Part shown: piece by piece, positions 36,101-43,327 of the stretch
Position numbering within the stretch: position 1 is the stretch's first letter
Layout of the letters: each line of letters begins with the position of its first letter
From: Jimgerdemannia flammicorona
Taxonomy: Eukaryota
DNA: 43,327 bases
Direction of reading: 5' to 3'
Assembly (NCBI GenBank): GCA_003990765.1
Contig: RBNJ01000077.1
Span: forward strand, 1 to 43,327
Position numbers and translations under genes: made by a program
Notes under the pieces: generated by a model
What the model was told of the DNA's origin: nothing
The model's database searches: none
Seen by the model: the letters and a program-made list of their open reading frames with translations, nothing else

Positions 36101-37145
36101 GGGTCTTGCTTTGAATAGTAACAGCTGGGGTCTTCTTTGGTCTTCCAACTGGCTTGCTTTTGCTCTTCTTGTCATAGGGCTTAGACTGGGTTCTGGTACC
36201 TTCAGTAGCAGGGTAGAATTCAAGCTCCTTGTAGTATTCTTCATCATCAGTATCACCAATCTCCTCGATGACTACTACATTGGTTTGTTCTCTAGTTCTG
36301 CTAGTATTACTTGGTTGGACTTTGCATCTTGTTTCGGTCATACAATTCTTTACATAGTGGCCTTCTTCTCTACATCTGAAGCATGTGATATTGCATTCTT
36401 CTATAGCAGCTGCAAATCTCTGCACTGGTCTCCTGTTGGTACTTCAGACTTCTCTAACAATATCACCAAGGTGTGCAGTCATCTTGGCAAACTGCTTGGC
36501 AAGTTCCTCCACTGGGTCAGCTTTGGCTGTCTTGGGGGTAGGTGGGGTTGGTTGTTTGTTTACAACTGTGGCAGGTATGATACTAGTTGGCTTTGATGGC
36601 TCCATCTTGATGCCAGTTATTTTCTCCATTGAGTGTTTGGCAGAGTGTCTGGCAGTCCAATATCTCTGTGCAAAGACTACTTTCTAATCAAGGGTCAGTA
36701 TAGCTGGGGTAGACCAGATTGCTAGGGCAATTTCAGGGTGAACTTCTTTGAGGAAGGTTGAATCCGCTATTTGTTCCTTGAGGTGGTCATCATAGTCAGC
36801 CAAGACAATCTGGTAGCAGATTTAGGTATAGAATGAGTTGGGATCTTCACTAAGTCCCTGGCAGATAGTATTGAGTTGATCCTTGAGAGCTTGCTTGATC
36901 TCTTCAGTATAATATATTGTTCTGAGGAAGGCCTTTATGTTGGCAAGTTTGGCTGTACCAGTATCAGCAATGGTGGCTGCATTGAACTTGTCTCTGGCAG
37001 GTCCTCTGAGACTGACTGGTAGAAGGGCCAATTGTGCATTCACACCAAGGGCTCGTATGGTGGCAAATTGTTCAAAGTCTTCAATAAAGGTCAGGATTGA
37101 TTCTTCAGTAGTATATCTATAGAATGTGGGGGAGCGCATTTCCAT
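33121..37145 (-). pseudogene. E3 gag-pol (Gag, CCHC, protease, dUTPase, RT, RNase H)
   Basis: CFRCREEGHYVKNC; IIDTGAGG; dUTPase GAIGMDL..GGVIDPDYTGEI..RGEQGFGST (34645-35058); RT SPWASP..RLCIDYRKLN..LDLFSGFHQI..YVDD; RH LQIDAS..LECLAVVW..TDH..NADAL. Confidence 0.93.
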
Positions 37146-37245
37146 CTTGTCTTGAATTCTTACAGGGGTGACTCTTGTAGTCAGAGTAGTTGTTGTGGGG
37201 GTTGTTTGTTTTTCAGCTTGAAAGTGAGGGATTTGTCTTGAATCA

Positions 37246-37262
37246 CCAGCCAATGGGCACCA
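37246..37262 (-). promoter_or_regulatory. E3 primer-binding site
   Basis: TGGTGCCCATTGGCTGG, 3 nt after the 5' LTR. Confidence 0.75.
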
Positions 37263-37265
37263 AGT

Positions 37266-38667
37266 TGTCATGTAGTGGTCACTGAGTCCTTCAAATACAT
37301 CAGATTCTCTTCAAGGTATATCTCTTAGACTAACTCAAGTTTGTTATAAGCAAGTTCTTATTGGAGTATCTTCCCAAGGTTTTATAGTCCTCAAACTTCT
37401 TATCTTTAACTATCTTGTTATCTCTTAGATTGCTTGCAAGAAAGTGTATATATTGTACTGAGTTGACTGACTTTATTTCAGAGGAAATAAGAGAGGTATT
37501 TATATAAAATATAATTCAATGGTTGCTAAGATATAAAGCTAAATATAAATTCCAATAACTAAAACTACTAAGTTCCAGGGTCAGCACTGATGGTTGTACA
37601 GGTTCAGGATGTTGGTATAATTCAGTATCACATCAGAATACTGATGCTGGAATAATTTTGTATCACCTCAGAATATCAGTACTGGCATTATCCAGTGTTA
37701 TATCAAAATACCGGTGCTGGCATTATTCAGTATAACAAAGAACTTAGAGCAGAAAGTTCAGGACCATGGGGGCTTCATCCTCATTATCAGAGGTCAGGAT
37801 ATCTTCAAAGGAGATGAGATCTGTGAATTCATCATTTTCGCATACTTCGATATCACATGGGATGATGTCATTGCCAATGATGTCATTACATTCAGTGGCA
37901 GGAAGGAGGTCTGGGGTTCTCCAGTCTATGAGGTTCTCTTCCACAAAATAGGGGACAAATGTGGGGTCTTGGAGAGATCTAACCTAAATGCTTGGGCCTT
38001 GGAATACTAAGATCAATTCTTGCAGGAATTGGTCTGGGTTGTCTTGGAGGATGGGGTGCTAGAAGTCTTCTACTTCATCACTATTGAGGGTGATAGTGGA
38101 CTGGGCTTCTGTAGCCACCCTGACTTCTAGTGCATTGATATGGTGGGATGATAGGTCTCTGAAATCTGAGACTCTAATATACTCCAAGTTGGGGATCGAC
38201 TAAGGTGTATGCCTGAAGATCTGATGGATCTTCTTAGCTGTTCTTGTTTCATGTATATCCATGAGAGTGGTATCTTGTAGCTCTTGAGTGCTGGCCTGTG
38301 GGAACTCCTGGCAGAGGAGGTTTCTTATTTCATACTCCTGCTACATTTGGAGGTATTCGGTAGCAATGGTGATCCTTGTTTCCATTTTATAGTGGTAGAG
38401 GATAAAGTGATAGAGATCTGTAGTACCCAGATTAACACTAGGAGTCCTTCTTGAGCAGGTCCTCATGGCTCTTCTGATGTCTTGGAATATCTTTTCCTCA
38501 ACTGAGATACCTTGGTGATTCCTTGACCTTGAGGTTTGGCAGACAGCAGATATTTTGTTTGTGGTAAGTCTTTGAGCTATTTTGGGATTGGTGGGTCTTA
38601 TTGGTTGCTGCTACTGCAGTTTCTTGATCCTTCTTTTATATTCCTCAAGATACTCATACTATGGCTA
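37266..38667 (-). repeat. E3 5' LTR, truncated at its outer end
   Basis: Matches 28540-~29939; homology is lost after GATACTCATACTATGGCTA. Confidence 0.9.
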
Positions 38668-39234
38668 TTTGAGTTATTTATATAAGTTGGTATAGAAGAG
38701 TAGTTCTAGTTATCTAGTATTCTTGATAAGATATATATATGGCAAATTATAGTATCTAATTTGGATACTAGTTTGGTATATTCTCTAGTAGCTCATTACA
38801 CTATTGAAAAGATATTTTATAAAGCAGAATTTCAAGATATAATGAGCAGTATTTTATGCTAATTAAATTTTAGAAATTCAGAAGATAAGTATATGACTAT
38901 TGGTAAGATCAATCAGATAACTATAATATTTCCTTATTTATGCAAAAAAAAGAGCAAAAAGTGAGATCTCAGACTTCTCTCTTCTTTTAATATAGAGAGA
39001 GAACCTGATATCTAACAGTTATCTAATTATTTATTACTATTTCTTTTCTTCTTTTTCAAATAAGAAAATAAAAGCTACTTTGTAGGGAAAATGGGTTCTC
39101 AAAGCCCAACTAAGAGCCATATATCCTTTTTGCTTCACACAGCATTCTTTTGCCAGTCTTTAAAGTTTTTTTAGAAATTGCTTATCAAAAAACAAATTAT
39201 ACTCAAAACAGAGCCAATTCTTTTTTACCAGAAT

Positions 39235-39586
39235 TAGTGCTCCCAAATAAATCAAATCAATTCAAATCAAATTGAATTGAGGGTCATTCAAATCGAATTG
39301 GTGATTTTTCAATTTGAATCAAATCAAATTCAAATCAAATTAAGGATCTAATTTGAACCCTATTTTTTGAAATATAATAACTTGATGAAAACATGTCCAA
39401 ATTTAATGATTTTTAGCTTGTTAGATTCCCCTTATATAAAGGAATCTAACACGCTAAGAATAATCAAATTTGGATGTGTTTTCATCAAGTTATTACATTT
39501 CAAAAAATAGAGTTTGAATTGAATCTCAAATCGAATTGGAACTTTGATTCAATGGAATAGAATCGAATTTGGGTCGATTCGATTCG
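39235..39586. mobile_element. Second foldback MITE of the same family, right terminus missing
   Basis: Starts TAGTGCTCCCAAATAAA; palindrome centred ~39436 (TTAGATTCC..GGAATCTAA); shares AATAACTTGATGAAAA with the 26160 copy. Confidence 0.8.
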
Positions 39587-40549
39587 TAGCCAGGATTTCC
39601 TCCGGAGGAAGACACCGAGCACAGTCACAGTCAGAATCTGACCGGATACCGTACTCAGCTTGCTTCCATGTGTTTCGTGTGCTATCATTTGCCAAAAAGG
39701 CCAAAAATACACACATTCCCGATGGCCATCATTATGGCGCGCTCATACATCGAAGTTGATCAACAAAATCCTGAACTGCTCCTTAACATTTGAGATGATA
39801 CCACCGCTTCGGGCATGAGGTTATGAAGGCGATGTTGAATGACACGGCCGATCAGGGGTAGGTGGTAGAGGAGGGATTTGCATTTGACACGAGCGCACGG
39901 AATATCAAGAACTTACACTTCCTTGTTATAGATCGTGTTGTCAAGTTGCTGTCATATGGTTGGGTGAGCAAGGCATCAATGATTTGCTGGTTCACCTTGC
40001 AAGAGTTCCTCAGCCGTCTGCCCGGGAATTGATTAGGATGCTAACAATATATAAGTTCTATGTTTTCTGCAGGGACTGCCGGAACAAGGGTGGCCAGGCT
40101 AATGACGACCATCGGTATTTCAAACATCTGATAGAGGTTATTGTCTGGTGGTAAAGTGGTAAGGCCATTTGCTTTAAGCATGATCACGGTATGACTGGCT
40201 CATAGCATGTGTGATCAGAAACCTTTCGAGTCACCCTGTAAAATTCCCAGCTGGAAAACATGATTCAGACCTACATCGCCAGTCGACAGGATGACATGCC
40301 ACTTACAGTTTTCGTAAAAGATTTTTGACTGCCCCAGATCCCGTGTAGATTTTCGTGAAGTTCTAAAAGGATTGTTGAAAATCAGCGAGGACATACTCTC
40401 ACGCCCGTCGGAGATTACCCTCAGAATGAAAATTGTCAACAACCAGCATCTGCAATCTGGGCGACATTCATGCATTGGTTAGAAAACAGTCACGGTGGCG
40501 GTTACAAAAAGTTTTTTTTTTCTAAGTTCTCAATCGCCTTTTCGCTGCT

Positions 40550-41774
40550 ATGTCCAAGACATTTCTTCGACTCCCTCAAGGTCCGATAACTGCGGATAGG
40601 TAAGTGCGTGTTACGAAGCTTGCTTTGCCAAAATCTTCCAGTGCTTGATGCGTGTGCATTGTAGATTGCCCTTGCAGATCGGTTCGCAAGTTTCGCCGAG
40701 TCGCTACAATACCTACATTCTTAACCGTGAATCACCAGGATACAAGTTCGAGTGGAAAGCCGATGGCAGCGTGTTCGTCGTAGATATGCCTCGCCCCACA
40801 CACGAATTTGTTGTTTGTATGTTACAAAGATGTTTCAATGTCCCCAACGGCGCTACAATTTTTGATCCTCCCATCACAACTTTGGGACAACCATGTAAGA
40901 GGATTTCCTGCAATACTTTTGATTCATGGTTTGTATATGATCTTTAACCATCCTTACGTCCTTTCCCTAGATTATGACGAACCCGGGGGAAGTGGAATCC
41001 TCGTCGCCCCGGATATTGCAGTTGTGCCGTTATGTGATCTCGTACAAGGTCCCACCATGCCGTATCCTGGCCCCCCCCCCGGCGACATAGATGTAAGTTT
41101 CATTGCACACTACCGTGGTTGTTTTGAAAATGACATCTAATATTAATTATTTGTAGGGAAATCCACATGCACGGGTCATATGTGAGGTTGCTCTTCATCA
41201 AGACACTCAAGATTGGGAACTCAAATGTCAGAACTGGCTGCAGCAGCAGTACGTGCGCTACGTTTTCGGCATCAAAATTCACGGGATGAGGGACGCGCAG
41301 AACGCGCAAGGTCAAAACCATCGCTCTATGACTGTAAGTCTTCAACGGTTACTTTTATGCTTTAAATCTAGAATATCCGAAAAAACATTTTTTAATATTA
41401 GGCAAAGCTCTGGAGGCAAGGCGCGCCACCGGGATACATTGAGGTGAAGCTAAGGTTTTTTATTATAAATTAATTGCGATCGAATTTCGGAAGCTTACAG
41501 GTTTTTTTTTTTTTTTCTCCAAACTTTGAAGTGGGATTTCGGTACAGTACAGAAGCATTCGCAAACTCTCACCAATTGTAATGCCGCCGGACTTCCTGCG
41601 TTTCAAGTCCAAATTCCTACAAGCGAAATATTTTGGGACCCCCCAATCTTGGCGGGGGTTCCCATTGTTCTTGGATATAACGCGGTGGCCCCTCCGGCTT
41701 TGACAATAGCCAACGTCAACATAGATCTGTACCGAATTCAACAGTTAGTTTTGCGCTCACAGCTTAATCATTGA
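40550..41774 (+). CDS. Uma2/DUF820-like PD-(D/E)xK restriction-endonuclease-fold protein (exons 40550-40599, 40665-40894, 40971-41092, 41157-41333, 41402-41443, 41532-41774; 287 aa)
   Basis: Five GT-AG introns give one open frame of 864 nt. Motifs DMPRPTHE, APDIAV, RVICEVA, VRYVFGIKI and WDFGT. Confidence 0.8.
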
Positions 41775-43159
41775 AAACAGGGGTCTTCAAGTCTTCATTC
41801 TATCGGGGTCATTCGATCAAGGAATAATTGCATTGTTGCAGTATATTTGCTTTCCACCCACCCTCGGCGAAACATTCCGTTTTCACGATTACACAGTCCC
41901 TTTTCAATAGCTTTGTAATTACTTCGTTGTGTGTAAATGTCAAAAATAGGATTTCAATAACATAAATTAGCATCGTGTATGTCGCAATATGGGCTGCGAC
42001 TGTATTCCGAGACCTTACTACTTGCGTTAGCCAAAGTCAAGCACCACCATATTTGTTATTTATGGCGTATACATTCCTTTCATACCGACTATTAAAATAG
42101 ATGTTCTAGAAATGTCATTTTTTCACGTATTTATGATTCCATTGACCTTTTGTTGATTGCCATCGAGAAAACGATAAAGATAGACAACCACGGAATGAGG
42201 TGGTGGATACGCGGGGGGACGACCAATAGCCCATATGCGCCTTACTGTGTTTGTCATGGCGTTGACATCTTTGTCAAGCAAATAACTCTCAAACACTCTC
42301 CACGACCGTGCCAAGCAGCTTAACGATGGCAAATGACGGTGGACTCCGTTCCCGTCTTGCCTGCCCGAATGCCACTGTGGAAGGGAGGGTGGTATGACAG
42401 ATCGTGAATTTGCAGAAGTGTGCTGAAAACCGAACTGACGGTTTGTCTATTCGGCACTAAAAAAACGGAAGGTGTGTATATGCGTATGTTGCAAAGTGCT
42501 ACGAGAGGAATCGTCCAGTGTGCCATTTAAATTTAGGTACGGTGCAAGAATATCGCGCAATTTTTTTTTTTTTTTTTATGCTCCCACGCAATATCATTTA
42601 TTCTGGTTGGTATATTCTAGCGTTATATTCCTTGACACATCGAGCGATTCAATCTATAGACAGGATCGGCCATCAGAGCGTCTTACCATTTCAATAATAG
42701 CAACAAGGATAAAGATTAATCAAATTTCATTTCCATCCCACATTCCACATAGTGAAATATCACTGTTTGGATTTCAACTTTGCAAAACTGCTATTATATA
42801 ATATCTACTATTCATCAATAATTTTTTGTGATAATCACTCTATTCCACGTCTTTGCGCCGAACCTGCGTTGCGGTAACGCGTTTGGCGTTCGCATTATTA
42901 GGCAAACGGCCGGATTTGCACCGAAAAATAGTAAGTTAGTTTGATGAGATTTAATGGAAGGCCAGTTACTTAAAATCATTTTAAATCAACAAACGAATTG
43001 CCTGAATAATACATTGTAATCTAACATGCCAATTAGCAACAATATTACGAAGACTAATATGGGTGCAGTATGATGCCATCATAGGAAGAAGCCATGTACA
43101 CGTCAAGAGCTACAGAACTGGAATATTTCATTAGAATTATTTGATATATTACATGTATC

Positions 43160-43327
43160 AGCAGTGAATGAAGTAAAGGAACTCTGGCATAAGTGTGAGA
43201 CAATGGTGCTAGGGAATGGGTTGGTGGGAGGGGACGTCATTGGAACAATTGTCCCTACTGGTGAGGTGGTGCGATATCTGGGCATATTCCTCTCTGTCTA
43301 TGGTTCTGTCTTGCCAAGGGTGTGGTG
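43160..43327 (+). mobile_element. Probable non-LTR (LINE) reverse-transcriptase fragment, runs off the window
   Basis: Frame reads WHKCETMVLG..GEVVRYLGIFLS, resembling the K..YLG motifs of LINE RT subdomains 6-7. No clear YADD upstream. Confidence 0.45.

Larger units (their letters stand above)
28540..38667 (-). mobile_element. E3: Ty3/Gypsy LTR retrotransposon with dUTPase and ~1.5-kb ORF-containing LTRs
   Basis: 3' LTR 28540-30067; PPT 30068-30077 (AGGAGGAAGA); PBS 37246-37262; 5' LTR 37266-38667, missing its first ~130 bp. Internal domains are homologous to E1. Confidence 0.95.

Noticed and set aside
38668-39234. AT-rich stretch, possibly another decayed TE that truncated the E3 LTR
   Set aside because: No termini, TSD or homology identifiable within the window.
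39600-40480. Possible gene or transposase remnant (short ORFs 39960-40154, 40215-40475)
   Set aside because: No recognisable motif or consistent splice model could be built by eye.

Overview
This is eukaryotic, almost certainly fungal, genomic DNA. Short introns, CpG-rich genes, CpG-depleted repeats and a Crinkler/Uma2-type nuclease suggest an early-diverging Mucoromycota-like fungus (inference). Region 1.7-10.1 kb is a tandem array of a lineage-specific gene with a central F-box motif: three two-exon copies and one pseudogene. Region ~10.5-39.6 kb is a C->T-hypermutated transposon island. It holds two dUTPase-carrying Ty3/Gypsy elements (E1 11526-18246 +, E3 28540-38667 -), one RT-less Gag-protease LTR element (E2 18803-25727 -), solo LTRs, hAT-like foldback MITEs, and a poly(A)-tailed, satellite-filled retroposon inserted into the E3 integrase. 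A 6-exon Uma2/PD-(D/E)xK nuclease gene (40550-41774) and a probable LINE RT fragment follow. Main candidate novelty, seen after mentally reverting deamination stops: (i) all three LTR families share one unknown accessory protein domain in three different positions (separate 3' ORF in E1, polyprotein C-terminus in E2, inside the LTR in E3); (ii) E1 and E3 encode integrase as a separate +1-frame ORF joined by an ATGAATAA start/stop overlap, suggesting termination-reinitiation. All alignments were done by eye; no searches were run.
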